From: Octopus vulgaris
Taxonomy: Eukaryota
Direction of reading: 5' to 3'
Length of the DNA: 64,000 nt
Assembly (NCBI GenBank): GCA_951406725.2
Contig: OX597821.1
Location: 70,432,001-70,496,000 of the forward strand
Under the pieces are notes generated by a model. The model did no database searches, had not been told where the DNA came from, and worked only from the letters and a program-made list of their open reading frames with translations. Positions 25,329-39,118 of this stretch are shown one piece after another. Position 1 is the first letter of the stretch. Each line of letters starts with the position of its first letter. A program made the translations under genes and the position numbers.

Positions 25329-25613
25329 CTAGCAGTATCGCCCGGCGTTGCTCGGGTTTGTAAGGGAAATAACTATATAAGCATTTTTAGAGAGTTACTT
25401 CCCTTATATAATAGCAAAAAATGCATTAAAAATGAGAAAAAATTATGGTAAATTTTTTTTTAATCGTAGACTCATCGTAGACGCGCGCTAATATCGAGAA
25501 GGGCTCGATATGAATCACGACTATAAGATACCCGCTTTTGGTTAAACTGCACCGCAAAATGTGGGAGTAGTTAGGAATCTAAATCGTAGGAGACAGACAC
25601 ACAACTTGACTTT

Positions 25614-25623
<10 letters not shown>
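25329..25623 (-). mobile_element. Non-autonomous Helitron
   Basis: Minus-strand 3' end CCCGAGCAACGCCGGG hairpin followed by CTAG; near-identical to 54207-54596. Confidence 0.8.
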
Positions 25624-25671
<48 letters not shown>

Positions 25672-25874
25672 CTTTCCATCCATTGAATCCACTGACAAGA
25701 CATTGACTGGTCGGACACAAGAGCAGAAGTCACTTGTCCAAGGTTCCACGTCGCGGAACTGAACCCGGCACCATGTAGTTTCAAAATAAGCTTCTTAATT
25801 ACATATTCCTTTTTACCTATACTTTCTTGGTCGAGGGTGCTTCAACTGATCAGGATATAATCTAAGACGTTCCA

Positions 25875-26230
25875 AAGAAGGAGGAGAAGAAGAGGGAGAA
25901 GAGACGGGCAGGAGGAGCAGAAGGGGAGGAGGAAGTGTTAGAAGAAGAAAAGAAGGAGCTGAAGAAGAAGGGGGGGAGGTGGAGGAAGAGGAGGAATCGG
26001 TGATGGTAGTGGTGGCGGAGGAGGAGGGGAGGAAGAAGAATAAGAATAAGAAGATGATGATGAAGAAGAAGATGATGAAGAAGATGAGGAAGAAAGAAGA
26101 TGATGAAGAAGAAGATGATGATGAAGAATAAGAAGAAGATGAAGAAGAAGAAGAAGAAGAAGAAGAAGAAGAAGAAGAAGAAGAAGAAGAAGAAGAAGAA
26201 GAAGAAGAAGAAGAAGAAGAAGAAGAATGA
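25875..26230. repeat. Purine-rich (GAA/GGA)n tract
   Basis: Direct reading of the sequence. Confidence 0.9.
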
Positions 26231-27120
26231 AAATGTTTGCTCCAGGAGGCTACTGAAATATGCAAATTAATGTTAGTGATGGGCGTGGTCTCACGTTTGT
26301 GTCCGAGACTCGCGTTGAAAGGTGGGAGGAATTAATTCTTCTATCTATGTTAATATAAAACCTGTAAAGCTTTTGTAGTAGAAGTAGGTGTTATTGGAAT
26401 GGAAGTTGTATTGTCGGTGCTGGTTGTGTTGGTGGCGGGGTGAAGATGATGGTGGTGGTGGTAAGGAGGTGATGTTATACGGACACGCCTTATTTAGAAA
26501 TGTAGGCGAGGCAAAGCCTACCTTCATTTCAATAAATGGCTATTGAATACATTATATTTTCTCACGCATTTTCTCACCGCTCGCTCACTCTAATCCCCCC
26601 ACTCTCCCTCTTTGTATTTCCCTCGCCACCACCAACTCCTTCTTTCAATTCCTAACTCTTTCTCTACATCCCTCTCCTTTTCACTCTCTTTCTCACATTG
26701 TAGTTATATGCCCCTCTCACATCGGTTTCTCTCTCTCTCTCTCTTGCTCCCTTCTCTAGGCTCTCCTTCTCTCTGTCTTTATGTCTCTTTATATGTTTCC
26801 GTTTCAGTCCGTACAGTATGTCTCTTCCTGTCCCTCACTCACTCACTCACTCACTCTCTCTCTCCCCGTCTCCCCCCCCCCCCCCGTTCTATCCCTCCCA
26901 CTTACGCACACAGGTTCCCTCCCACCACACCTCTATCAATGTTATCCTTTCTGCACAAACTTGACATTGTTACGTGTTTGCATTCAAGACATTTTCATTG
27001 TTTGGAAACCTATATGCGCATGCGCCCCTTGTTGACGTTTTAATGCATGACTTTGCGCATGGGTGAGAGTGTGTGTGCGTGTGTACGACACATGTGTATA
27101 GGTTTAAATGTGTCTGGTTT

Positions 27121-27172
<52 letters not shown>

Positions 27173-27221
27173 TGTGTATAAATGTGTGTGAGTGAGACGA
27201 TAAATATGAGTCTATGTAGGA

Positions 27222-27455
27222 GAGGCGCGTGGCTTAGTGGTAAAGGTGTTGATCTCAAGGTTGTGGTTTCGATTCCTGGACCGGGCGATGCGTTGTGTTC
27301 TTGAGCAAAACACTTCATTTCACGTTGCTATAGTCCACTCAGCTGGCAAAAATGAGTAATCCTGGGACGGGCCTTCGTCCCGTTCAGGCTGGGAGTTTCT
27401 ACGCTACTGAAACCGGGAAATCGGCCCTTATGAGCCTGGCATGGCTCGAGAAGGA
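27222..27455 (+). mobile_element. SINE family C variant
   Basis: A and B boxes plus the shared GCGTTGTGTTCTTGAGCAA body. Confidence 0.7.
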
Positions 27456-27532
27456 AGAAGGAAGGAGTGTGTATGTATCTGAATAAATGGGTGTATGTGT
27501 GTGCGTGTTTGTGTGTGTGCAGACGTGTGTAT

Positions 27533-27890
27533 AGGCGCAAGCGTGGCTGTGTGGTAAGAAGCTTGCTTCTCAACCACATGGTTCCAGGTTCAGTCCCACT
27601 GCGTGGGAACATGGTCAACTGTCATCTGCTACAGCCTCGGATCGACCAAAGCCTCGTGAGTGGATTTGGTTGACGGAAACTGAAAGGAGCCTGTCGTATA
27701 TATGTATGTGAGTTGTGTGTGCCTTTGTGTCTGCATTTGTCCTCCTCCCACCAATCACCACTTTACAACCGGTGCTGGTAGGTTTCCGTTTCTGTAACCT
27801 AGCGGTTCGCCAAAAGAGAACAATAGAATAAGTACTTGGCTTGAAAAATAAGTGAAGTCCTGGGGTCGATTTGTCCGACTAAGACCCTTC
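27533..27890 (+). mobile_element. SINE family A
   Basis: Homologous to the other family A copies. Confidence 0.78.
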
Positions 27891-28282
27891 ACCATAACAT
27901 ATACATACACATATATAAATACATATACATACACACATATATGTGTATGTGTGTGTATGTGTGTGTGCACGCATGCATACATATGCCTCTATGTGTGTAT
28001 TAACCGACAGAGAGAAACGGAAAGAGAAAGAGAGAGAGAGAAGGAAATTGTGACAGAAATTTCACTGTATTTTTTGTTAATTAGTAATCTACTAAAATTC
28101 ATTTTAGTAAGTCGTTTATATAGCATCGAGCTGCATTAAGTATTTATTTTGTTCATATGACATCCGTATGGTACAGCCTTTCGTAACCTATTTCATTAAG
28201 TATCATTTTCAGTATGCAAATTTATGCGTAGAGGTTTGCATTAATATGGTAAAATACAATTGTATAATACTGTGTTTATAAG

Positions 28283-28367
<85 letters not shown>

Positions 28368-28599
28368 ATAAAAAATATATATAAGAAAATACAAATTGGG
28401 ACAAGAAAGCAACACACTCAAATAGACGACACAAAAAATGGACAGGTCATTCGAAGCCTCTAATCTTCAGTCAAGAACCGGATCATCCTCGCAATTTCGG
28501 CTGATTAATCTTGAGATCGCTCCGATCCGGCCAGCCCCAAGGAAAATCTAAGCTACGAGCATTAGATTTCTTGGAAAAAGGATCGAATGTATATATATA

Positions 28600-28672
<73 letters not shown>

Positions 28673-28696
28673 TTATATATGTCTTGAAAACATGAC

Positions 28697-28756
<60 letters not shown>

Positions 28757-28849
28757 TATATTTATATATATATATATATGTATATTTACATATACACATA
28801 TATATAATCATACGTACATACATTCATATATATGCATATGTGCGTGTGT

Positions 28850-29090
28850 CTGTGTGAATCCCTAAAACTTGGGAAATTTTACACATGCCTTACTTAAGGT
28901 CCATGTAGTGTCATAGGCTAAAAAAATCTTAACTTCTTGCCTAGTACGAGCCCACAGCAATATCATATCTTCTCCACTATTTCAGTATTACATGTCAACA
29001 CTGAAACAATAACATCTCTCTATTGTAATGTCAGGTACTTTCACTTTAATAGTTTCATTTTAATACTGAAACTATTAAAGTGAAAATATT
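28850..29090 (+). mobile_element. Helitron 5' fragment (same family as 42465)
   Basis: Matches 42490-42720 (CCCTAAAACTTG, GAGCCCA.AGCAATATCATATCTTCTCCA). Confidence 0.6.
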
Positions 29091-29093
29091 ATC

Positions 29094-29189
<96 letters not shown>

Positions 29190-29465
29190 ATATATATATA
29201 TATATGTACATCTGCACAAATGTATATATATATAGAAATTATATATATATACATGTATATATATATATATATGTATATATATACATGTATATATATATAC
29301 ATGTGTATATATGCATGTATATGTATACATGTATATGTATAGCTGCATATGTATAGATGTACACGTGTAGATGTATATATATATATATACAGATGTACAT
29401 GTAATACGTACACATATATATACACATGTATACACCCATACACACACATACACACACACATATAT

Positions 29466-29600
<135 letters not shown>

Positions 29601-29994
29601 TGTATGTATGTATGTATGTATATATGTATATGCATACATATATGTAAAGTTACATAGCTCTACATCAGTCCAGTGGGTTGAACCAATAACAAAAAATTAA
29701 TAAGGGGTATCTGATAAATTAGTCATCGTCAATTAAGAATTATTTTTCCCACGAATACAAATTTAGTTTTTCCTGCTATTTAAGAATTATTAATAGGTTC
29801 GCCCAACGGGCATAAATTATCATTTTTGTGTGACGATAAAAATATATCCTGGACTTTGACGAAATGAAATATATAGATAAGAAGAATCTATTTAGAGCTT
29901 ACAGCGGACAGTTTGTATCTTCAATTTGATATATGCTGTACACAGAAATATATACACCTACACGTATGTGTATAGTTGAATATGCATATTCACG

Positions 29995-30870
29995 CCTGAT
30001 AAACACAGTATATATTTTTACGATATACTAATAGTTTCATGCGATGAAAACAACTCATATAGCATTTTATAACGCGTCTGGTGCCTTCACACAATCTTCG
30101 GGCTCTGCCCACTTGGCATAACGAGCTAAAACAGTACGATAGAGTAAGAGTAAACACGAGAATAGGCGAGGCAGAAGTTACAGTAACGCTAGATGATATC
30201 ATAATCGAAAAGAAGAGCTACATCGGACTAAGTGAAGGCGACCTCAAAAAACTCTATGTTAACCACATATATTCCTTCAGACAGAGGGACAAAAGTAAAG
30301 CTACTAAGTTGGCTAGTCACGTATGGGGTTTGAAGTCTAACGCTACACCACATATAATTAAGTGGAAGATAGTTGAAAGTTCACATCATATGTCAACAAA
30401 TCAACAGTAAGCCATGAGTAGTTGCAAGATCGTTTTCAGATCTAAAAGCTCCGCCTTATTGCAAAATGTCAGATCTGAAAGTTTCAACAGATGCAAATAT
30501 ATGGATAAGTTCCTGTTGGGGAATTCGAAATACTACCCTCTCTGGATTGAGCAGCTGTACCGCAAAATCTAGACCCTATCCATTCAGCCTTATGACTTTA
30601 TCATTAAAGGGGACATAACTCGAATGCACCACTCTTTCTATTTACTGTTTCGTTTTCCGTTTTTTCAGCCTTCCACCTTTTATATCTACTTTCTTTTCAC
30701 GGCTTCTCGTATTTCCTTTTATTCTATCGTCCTGTTTTAGCTTCTTATGCTATGTGGGTAGAGGTCGAGGATTCTGTGAAGTCACCAGACGTGTTATAAA
30801 AGGTTGTTTGAGTTTTCATAACCTGAAGCTATTAGTAGCTCATAAAAATGCATACTGTGTTTATCAAATA
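29995..30870 (+). mobile_element. Penelope-like element 3' end (GIY-YIG) with inverted pseudo-LTR
   Basis: KKSYIGLSEGDLKKLYVNHIYSFR..IKWKIVE; 29995-30115 is a diverged reverse complement of 30765-30870; the 3' region matches 52300-52670. Confidence 0.75.
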
Positions 30871-31003
30871 ATATTTTACCTCTCACGGGATGGAATACTT
30901 TCTTTATTGATCTTACCTTCACGGAGCAGTATACTATGGTGGTGCTATTAAGTTAGACAGGGCCTGGACCAGTCTTTGGTTGAAACATATCTCAGTTTAT
31001 CTA

Positions 31004-31041
<38 letters not shown>

Positions 31042-31073
31042 GATAAGAATGAGAAGCAACACGTAGGATAAAT

Positions 31074-31106
<33 letters not shown>

Positions 31107-31221
31107 TGCATATATAACACATAGATGGATATATATACACAAACACATATATACATAGTCATATACGTAGTTATAAACACATGCATACGTACATACATTC
31201 ATACGTGTGTGTGTGTGTGTA

Positions 31222-31806
31222 CGTTTGTGTGTTTGTGTTTATCTCCCACCACTGATTGACAACCGGTGTTGGTGTGTTTACGTCCCCGTAACTTAGCTGT
31301 TCGGCAAAATAGTCCGATAGAATAAGTACCAGGCCTAAAAAAGTCCTGGAGTCGATCTGTTCGACTAAAACCCTTCGAAACGGTGCCCCAGCATGGTCAC
31401 TGACAAATGGCTAAAAGAAGTAAAAGATAAAACATGTAGTAAGAAGCTTGCTTCCCAACCACATGGTTCCAGGTTCAGTCCCACAGCATGGTACCTTAGG
31501 CAAGTGTCTTCTACTATAGCCTCGACCCGACCAAAGCCTTGTGAGTGGATTTGGTTGACGGAAACTGAAAGAAGCCCGTCATATATATATATATATATAT
31601 GAATTTGTGTGTCTGTGCTTGTTCCCCCACCATCACTTGACAACCGATGTTGGTATGTTTACATCCCCGTAACTGAACGGTTCGGCAAAAGGGACCGATA
31701 GAATAAGTACTAGGCTTACAAAGAATAAGTCCTCGGGTCGATTTGCTCGACTAAAGGTGGTGCTCCATCATGGCCGCAGTCAAATGACTGAAACAAGTAA
31801 AGGAAT
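31222..31806 (+). mobile_element. Two tandem SINE family A copies (3' half plus near-full copy)
   Basis: Two tails CCAGCATGG/CCATCATGG...AAGTAAAAG. Confidence 0.78.
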
Positions 31807-31839
31807 AAAAGAAAAATATGTACATATATGTATATACAA

Positions 31840-32792
31840 TCTCTCTATATATATGAACGGCAGTTTGTCTGTCTGTGTGTCTGTGTGTCTGTCAGGTTGT
31901 ACCCTCACCCTGACCACGGCTTTCAACCGATTCTGATGAAACTTGACACACACATAGCCCAATGTCATAATTCAAAACTAACGCAGCGAAAATTTTGAAA
32001 AGTTCCCCCAGTTCTGAAAAAAATCGATTAATTCGACATGGGGTCGAGAATCAGAAACACAAACCACAGACTGTCTAGGGGACGTAACTCGACCTTTTTA
32101 ACTCTCAACTCCATCAATATCCAGCTACTTGAAGCTATTCCTGGTGATGTCCACGTCTACAAATCTATTGATAGGACAGCAGACACCGCCGAGCTTGCCG
32201 ATTATCCTGTTGAATTCCTGAATTCACTTGAACCGCCAGGCCTGCCGCCACATATCCTGAAGTTAAAAGTCGGTGCGCCCATTATGCTCATCAGGAATTT
32301 GGTTCCACCTAAACAGTGCAACGGCACACGTCTGGTTGTGAAACATTTGCCACCACATTTAATAACGGCCACAATACTTACCAGTTGTGGGAAGGGAGAG
32401 GACGTCTTCATTCCATGCATGCACCTTCAACCTTCGGGCGCTGACCTACCAATCCACTTCAGGCGTTCTCAGTTTCCTGTTAAACTCTGCTTCGCAATGT
32501 CCATCAATAAATCCCAAGGCCAAGTCGCTGGGTTACAGTTGGGCGAACAGTGCTTCGCCCACGGTCAACTCTACGTGGGCTGTTCACGCATTGGGAGGCG
32601 CAATGATGTTTTCATATTTTCGCCCAAAGGGACAGCTAGGAACATCGTATACACAGAAGTATTCGAGAGAAGAGAAGACATTGCAACCTACACATGCGCC
32701 TTCGTTCCCTAGAGGGAAAGGACTAGATTGGGATTAGTCGTTGCCTACTAGGGGCTCTTACATACCCGGGCAACGCCGGGCTATGCTGCTAG
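31840..32792 (+). mobile_element. Internally deleted Helitron carrying the PIF1-family helicase C-terminus
   Basis: A|TC 5' end; CCCGGGCAACGCCGGG hairpin then CTAG|T 3' end; ORF EFLNSLEPPGLPPHILKLKVGAPIMLIRNL..CNGTRL..QFPVKLCFAMSINKSQGQ..HGQLYVGCSR. Confidence 0.92.
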
Positions 32793-33140
32793 TGTATATA
32801 TATATGTGTGTGTGTATCTGTGTTTGTGTGTGTATCTATATATATGTGTATGTGTATATATATATGTATACACACACATATACACATATACATGACGTAC
32901 CATATATAATATTATATTAAGGCTGCGCATCGGCAGACTCGTTACCAAGTCGGACAAAATGCTTCACAGCATTTCTTCCGGCTTTATATTCTGAGTTTAA
33001 ATGTCACCGTGGTCGATTTTGCCTTTCATGTTTTCGAGGTTGCTAAAAGATATATGAGAAGAGTTAATCGACTGACCCCACCAAAATACCAGGCCCCGTG
33101 GCAGCAGAAGAAACCATTAGATTATGTTATGTGTGTGTAC

Positions 33141-33184
<44 letters not shown>

Positions 33185-33185
<1 letters not shown>

Positions 33186-33400
33186 TTCTTTACTACCCAC
33201 AAGGGGCTAAACATAGATGGGACAAACAAGGACAGACAAAGGGATTAAGTTGATTACATCGACCCCAGTGCATAACTGATACTTAATTTATCGACCCCGA
33301 AAGGATGAATGTCAAAGTCGACCTCGGCGGAATTTGAACTCAGAAAGTAACGGCAGACGAAATAACGCTAAGCATTTCGCCCGGCGCGCTTACGTTTCAG
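33185..33400 (-). mobile_element. SINE family B inserted in (GATA)n
   Basis: Reverse complement of 38459-38690, flanked by GATA repeats on both sides. Confidence 0.75.
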
Positions 33401-33401
33401 C

Positions 33402-33529
<128 letters not shown>

Positions 33530-33889
33530 TACGTCACCGGATTTAAATAGGAATCTGTCTGGGTTCTTTCTGCTAATAATACCTGCCTTCATGACCTTAG
33601 ATGTCACTGAAGCAACAATGGACGCCTGTCGTTGGTGGAGAGCCCTGTCTATTCTTTGACCGTCAACCGATTTCCTCCACTCCCACATGAAACTCCTCTC
33701 TAAGAACCGCTTTGTTTCAATCTTGTTATCTCCCTTTCTCATTCATATATTTCATGCATTCATTCATAGATCCATAACTTGAGTGTTTCATTTATTCATA
33801 AGTAATTATATTGGAGGTAATTTGACCGTGGGAAAAAAAATTATATATGCGTACGTACGCACATACGTGCATGCATGTATGTATGTATG

Positions 33890-33920
<31 letters not shown>

Positions 33921-34040
33921 GTATGTATGTATGTTGGAGAACATCTTTTTTACAGGAAAACTTCAAATAATTAAAAATGGAAGAGAACACCCACCCACAC
34001 ACATACTGCATATTATATATTGTGCATATGTGTATGTATG

Positions 34041-34094
<54 letters not shown>

Positions 34095-34112
34095 AATCTA
34101 TCTATCTATCAA

Positions 34113-34190
<78 letters not shown>

Positions 34191-34908
34191 CATATGTGTT
34201 TGTGTGTGTAGGCGCGCGCGCAGCATTTGTGTGTGTGTGTGTTTCATTGTGTGTATATGATTTTTTCGGTGAATTTCCCAAGAGATAAAATGAGAGCCTG
34301 CTGTGTGTTATCGTTTTCCCGTCAGTCTTCGTCATCATCATCATCATCATCATCATCATCGCTATCTCTAGTAACACGACCAACGACAACATCAATCAAA
34401 ATTACTTTCAGACTCCTCGTTATCCGCTACAAATGTCATCATCATCATCTTCTTCTTCTTCTTCTTCTTCTTCTTCTTCTTCTTCTTCTTCTTCTTCTTC
34501 TTCTTCTTCTTCTTCTTCTTCTTCTTCTTCTTCTTCGTCGTCGTCGTCGTCGTCGTCGTTGTCATCATCATCATCATCTTTATGAAATCAGCTGACCAGC
34601 GAGGAGAAAATATTCCACATCCTTTTATTTCCGTTTCTTAATGTTCTGAGTTCAAATCGCATCTAGGTAGGCTTTACCATTTCTTGTTACAGGATTCATT
34701 TCATTAAGTACCACTGAAATAGTGGTACCTTTATAAGACAGAAAAACTTGTCGGACGACAACTTTTTCCGTCTTATAAAGGCAAAAGACTCAATCTTCCT
34801 GCTATTTTCTCTGCGTTCGAAAGACTACTTTTTCTTGCCTCTACAATACGAAACACATGCGGCACTTGCAAAAACAAAGAAAAACATTTGTTTACATACG
34901 TTGTTGCA

Positions 34909-34940
<32 letters not shown>

Positions 34941-35016
34941 TAGATAGATGAATGTATTTATGTATGTATATACATATATATACATACACATACACGCACA
35001 CACATATATACATACA

Positions 35017-35047
<31 letters not shown>

Positions 35048-35049
35048 TA

Positions 35050-35730
35050 TGGTTGACCCCTCGTTATCGAGTATGGCCATTGCTCCAAGCTTAACTGTTA
35101 CTGGTGCTGTGATCGAAAAAGTGACTTTTTAGCCCAGCTAAAGATCTACAATGTCTTGTACAAAATTGGCAACTAAAACCTTTACTGTAGTTGTAACTGG
35201 GCTTCATGTACCTTTGCATGTCGTTTAAGTCCTCCTACCAAATTACACTCTCTTCCACATGCCCGACAGATATGATTAGTATGGTGTGTTACACCACCAC
35301 CAGTGGCCAGGTTGTCACTCATGTCTCGTTTTATGACTACGAAGATGACTCTTGAGTCCAGCTTTACTGAGGCAGGGTCTCGCACAGACATTGCATGTCA
35401 GCATCAAAGGAAGACCCTTCCCTTCTGGAAGTGTAACAGCGATGGCCTTCCTGACATCCCTCCTTACTTTCTCATGTGCAACTCGAGATTTCTCAAAAGT
35501 GGCTGTCCCCTCATGCACAATCCTTCTCCACCTGCTACGATCAATAGCTATACCTTCCCATGTGTCAGGAGAGATGCAAGCATCTCTTAAGGAAGCCTTC
35601 AGCAAGTCCTTATACCTCTTTTTTGGTTTATGTGAAGGTCGTTCTCCTTTAGCTAACTCTCCATAAAAGAGTTATTTTGGCATCCTTGAATCCTTCATTC
35701 TGACCAGATGACTACTCCATCTGAGATGGC
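35050..35730 (-). mobile_element. RTE-clade LINE 3' end with two C2H2 fingers
   Basis: LRWSSHLVRMKDSRMPK.LFYGEL..GER..KPKKRYKDLLK; CNVCARPCLSKAGLKSHLRSH; CRACGREC...GLKRHAKVH. Confidence 0.85.
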
Positions 35731-35739
35731 AATGAAATG

Positions 35740-36425
35740 TAGGCGGCTGACCGGATGGATTCTTTGAACCTTTAGAACAAGAGACCAGGAAACCATGATG
35801 GTCCTCTGGAGGACACTTGTCCTAAGCCACTTTGACTATTGCTCTCAGTGTCAAGATCACAGAACTTGAGGCGATCCAACGAAGCTACACGAAGAAGATA
35901 GCCTCTGTGCAGCATATAAGCTATTGGGAAAGACTCAAGATATTGAGACTCTATTCCTTAGAGCGTAGGCGAGAAAGATATGCCATAATATACATCTTGA
36001 AGATCCTAGAAGGACTTGTCCCAAACTTTGGCATCGAGAGTTACACAAATGCCAAAACTGGGCGCCACTGCATAGTGCCAAGGACTCCAAATTTGCCATC
36101 AAGATGTAGGACAAGATACTGTGATAGCCTGGGCTTCCGAGGCCCACAGCTCTTCAATATCTTCCCGAAGAACCTAAGAGACCTGCATGGGGTGGATGCA
36201 GAAGTCTTTAATATAAAACTGGATCTCTTCCTGTCAGGTATCCCAGATGAACCAACTTCACGGCAGGAGGTGCAGATGAGGGCAGCTGCATCGAACTCCC
36301 TTATGCACCAAATGGCAATTGCTAAAAAGCATTCGTGAAGTAAAATCATGTAGCAACACCAAATGGCGGTGCCCCAGCATGGCCACAGCTTGTGAGCTGA
36401 AACTAGATTTAAAAAAAAAAAAAAA
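35740..36425 (+). mobile_element. CR1/L2-group LINE 3' end with A-rich tail
   Basis: LEAIQRSYTKKI..SYWERLKILRLYSLERRRERYAIIY..FNIFPKNLR..KLDLFLSGIPDEP; ends in poly(A). Confidence 0.85.
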
Positions 36426-36729
36426 AATGAAATATATATATATATATACATATAAGGATAAGATCATTAATTTAAATTAAATAACAATCTTATCAAGTGG
36501 CGAGCATGGGAATAAAAACCTTCAAAGGTAATCGTTATTTAATTTAAATTAACGATCTTATCCTTATTTATATAAATTTAAATTTATTTCGTCATTGTAT
36601 TTACTGCGGTGATGTTTTAACCATATAGCACTGGGAATTAAGAAGAAGGCATTTTAAACTGGTCATGCTGCATACGTGCATGTATATTTATATATACGTT
36701 CGTATATGTAAGTATTCGTATGTTGTATG

Positions 36730-36768
<39 letters not shown>

Positions 36769-37439
36769 TTATGTTTCTCTCTGCGTATATTCCACTGATG
36801 AGGCAAAGCATTTCTAAATGCAAAGCCATAAACCCGGAATCTGGAATAATCCAGTAATTTTTTACTAGTTTTATTTTGTCTTTTTGTCTTCTCTCCTTGT
36901 GCTATATGAACATTTAAGGTGGTTTTAGAGTCAGATCCTAGCTGCTATTTTCAGCATGGTGGTATCTCGTAGATGCCCTTACACATGGTACGACTCTACA
37001 ACACTGTCTCTCTCCCCCTCTCCTACATTTCTCTGCCTTTCACACTTTGCACTCCACTTGATCTGTCTCTTTCTCTCTCTTTCTTCTCCTCCTCCTTTGT
37101 TCCTTGTTCCCCTTCTTTCTCTCTTCATCTGTCCCTCTTTTCCTCTCTCTTTCCCACACGTGACTAGCCACCGATTGCTGGCCTTTCGCGTCCAGCAGCC
37201 GTTGTGGCAAGACACGCTTTTTTGTCTCTCTGTAGCCTTAAGGCTCTCTTCTAACGCCAGCTCAAAAATTTACTCGTCCTGTCGAAAAGACGCTTGTCTG
37301 TGACGTCCTGTTTTTGTTGTTATTATTATCATTATTGTTTTTACGTATTTTTGTATTCTTATTCGTGCTATCATTATTGTTTTTACGTACTTTTGTATTT
37401 TTATTCGTGTAACATCGTCCGTTTTCCGTCTTTGTTTTG

Positions 37440-37658
37440 TATACATTCGAGGCTTTCTTCCAAGGAATCTAATGCGCTTGGCTTAGATTTTCCTTTGGGG
37501 CTGGCCAGGTCGGCGCAATCTCAAGATTAATCAGCCGAAATTGCGAAGATGATCCGGTTCTTGACTGAAGATTGAAGGCTTCGAATGTCCCGTCCGTGTT
37601 TTTTGTGTCGTCTTCTAAATGTTTCACGTTCTTGTCCCAGTTTGTATTTTTTTACTTT

Positions 37659-37660
<2 letters not shown>
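37440..37660 (+). repeat. Dispersed repeat; inverted copy at 28400-28590
   Basis: Shared TCTCAAGATTAATCAGCCGAAATTGCGA.GATGATCCGGTTCTTGACTGAAGATT; probably a Penelope-derived terminus. Confidence 0.65.
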
Positions 37661-37739
<79 letters not shown>

Positions 37740-37919
37740 TTGGAATTTTAAAAAAAAAGATGAAGATGGGTGTGTAAACAACAAACAGATGTATTAGTTT
37801 AACGCTCGGGAAATGAGCGCTTCAAAAGGAACAGAAAGGAACACAGAGAGAGAGCAGAGAGAGAGAGAGAGAGAATAATAAATGTTTAGTGGCTAGCGAT
37901 TAGTCATGTCGATTGGCTG

Positions 37920-38455
37920 TCCACTCGTAACCGAGGAAGACCATTGCTAACCTTCAGGAACATTGTGCGCTCGAGGACTAACTTATATTTTGCATTTGAG
38001 GCTCCGTTGGTAGCTAATGAGCCTTGCTCTTGACAAGCATACATGACTTCAAACATTGCAAGCCAAGCTTTCCCCATTCACTACGCTAGCAGTGCGCTTT
38101 TGAGCAGCATGCTTAAGTTCTTCATGCAGAATACGTGCTCTCTCAAAAGTGTCGACCCCCTCCTCAATCTGCTGCCTCCACCTGTGGCGATGACAGGCGT
38201 TGCTCTTCCAGCCAGTCTCCTGCATATCACAGGCCTTTAATGAGCACTTGACACAGTCTTTAAATCGCAGCCGGGGTCTCTTTCCATTCACAAGTTCCCC
38301 ATATAGCATCTGCTTAGGGATCCTGCTATCCTTCATTCTAATAAGGTGTCTAGTCCAACATAACAGGTGCTTGTTCACCATCGCCTCAATGCTCAAGATA
38401 TCAGCTGTCCACAGGACCTGCGTGTCTGGAATTTTTAAGGTTCAGCCAACATTCA
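37920..38455 (-). mobile_element. RTE-clade LINE 3' fragment
   Basis: LLCWTRHLIRMKDSRIPKQMLYGELVNGKRPRLRFKDCVK. Confidence 0.82.
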
Positions 38456-38458
38456 GAA

Positions 38459-38860
38459 AGGCGGCGAGCTGGCAGAAACGTTAGCACGCCGGGCGAAATG
38501 CGTAGCCGTATTTCGTCTACCATTTCGTCCTGAGTTCAAATTCCGCCGAGGTTGACTTCGCCTTTCATCCTTTCGGGGTCGATTAAATAAGTACCAGTTA
38601 CGCACTGGGGTCGATATAATTGACTTAATCCGTTTGTCTGTCCTTGTTTGTCCTCTCCGTGTTTAGCCTCTTGTGGGTAGTAAAGAAATAGGTATTTCGC
38701 CCGTCGCTACGTTGTGAGTTCAAATTCCGCCAAGGTCAACTTTGTCTCTCATCCTTTCGGGGTCGATAAATTAAGTACCAGTGAAACAATAGGGTCAATG
38801 TAATCGCCTTAACCTCACCCCAAAAATTTTATGCCTTGTGACTATAGTAGAAAGGATTGT
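38459..38860 (+). mobile_element. SINE family B with internal duplication
   Basis: GGCGGCGAGCTGGCAGAAACGTTAGC; the segment GAGTTCAAATTCCGCC...CATCCTTTCGGGGTCGAT occurs twice. Confidence 0.8.
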
Positions 38861-38886
38861 TACAGTTGCAAGAACATCGAAAAAAC

Positions 38887-38975
38887 CTGCTACTCAGAGT
38901 TTCATGTTCCCGTTCGTCGGGCAGTTGTGATCAAGAATTGCCCGACGAACGGGAACGTGAAACTCTAAGTTGCAG
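38887..38975. repeat. Hairpin with ~40-bp arms containing a hammerhead-like motif
   Basis: Arms are near-perfect reverse complements; CCGACGA-ACG-GGAA-CGT-GAAAC. Confidence 0.7.
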
Positions 38976-39086
38976 TTCTTGACATGTTCTTTCAGCTTTA
39001 ATAATAGAAAAAACATATTACTCTATCTCAAGTATTCGAGTACTATTTTTCTCCACCTTGTTTCTCATTTATGTGCTTACTCGTGT

Positions 39087-39118
<32 letters not shown>

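Noticed and set aside
32038-32712. PIF1 helicase ORF as a host gene
   Set aside because: It lies between Helitron TC and CTAG termini and lacks the N-terminal helicase motifs
35200-35400. C2H2 zinc-finger host gene
   Set aside because: The fingers are the C-terminal end of an RTE LINE ORF
37560-37595. CTGAAGA...TTCGAATGTC as a hammerhead
   Set aside because: Helix II register and the GAAA/helix III arrangement do not fit the consensus
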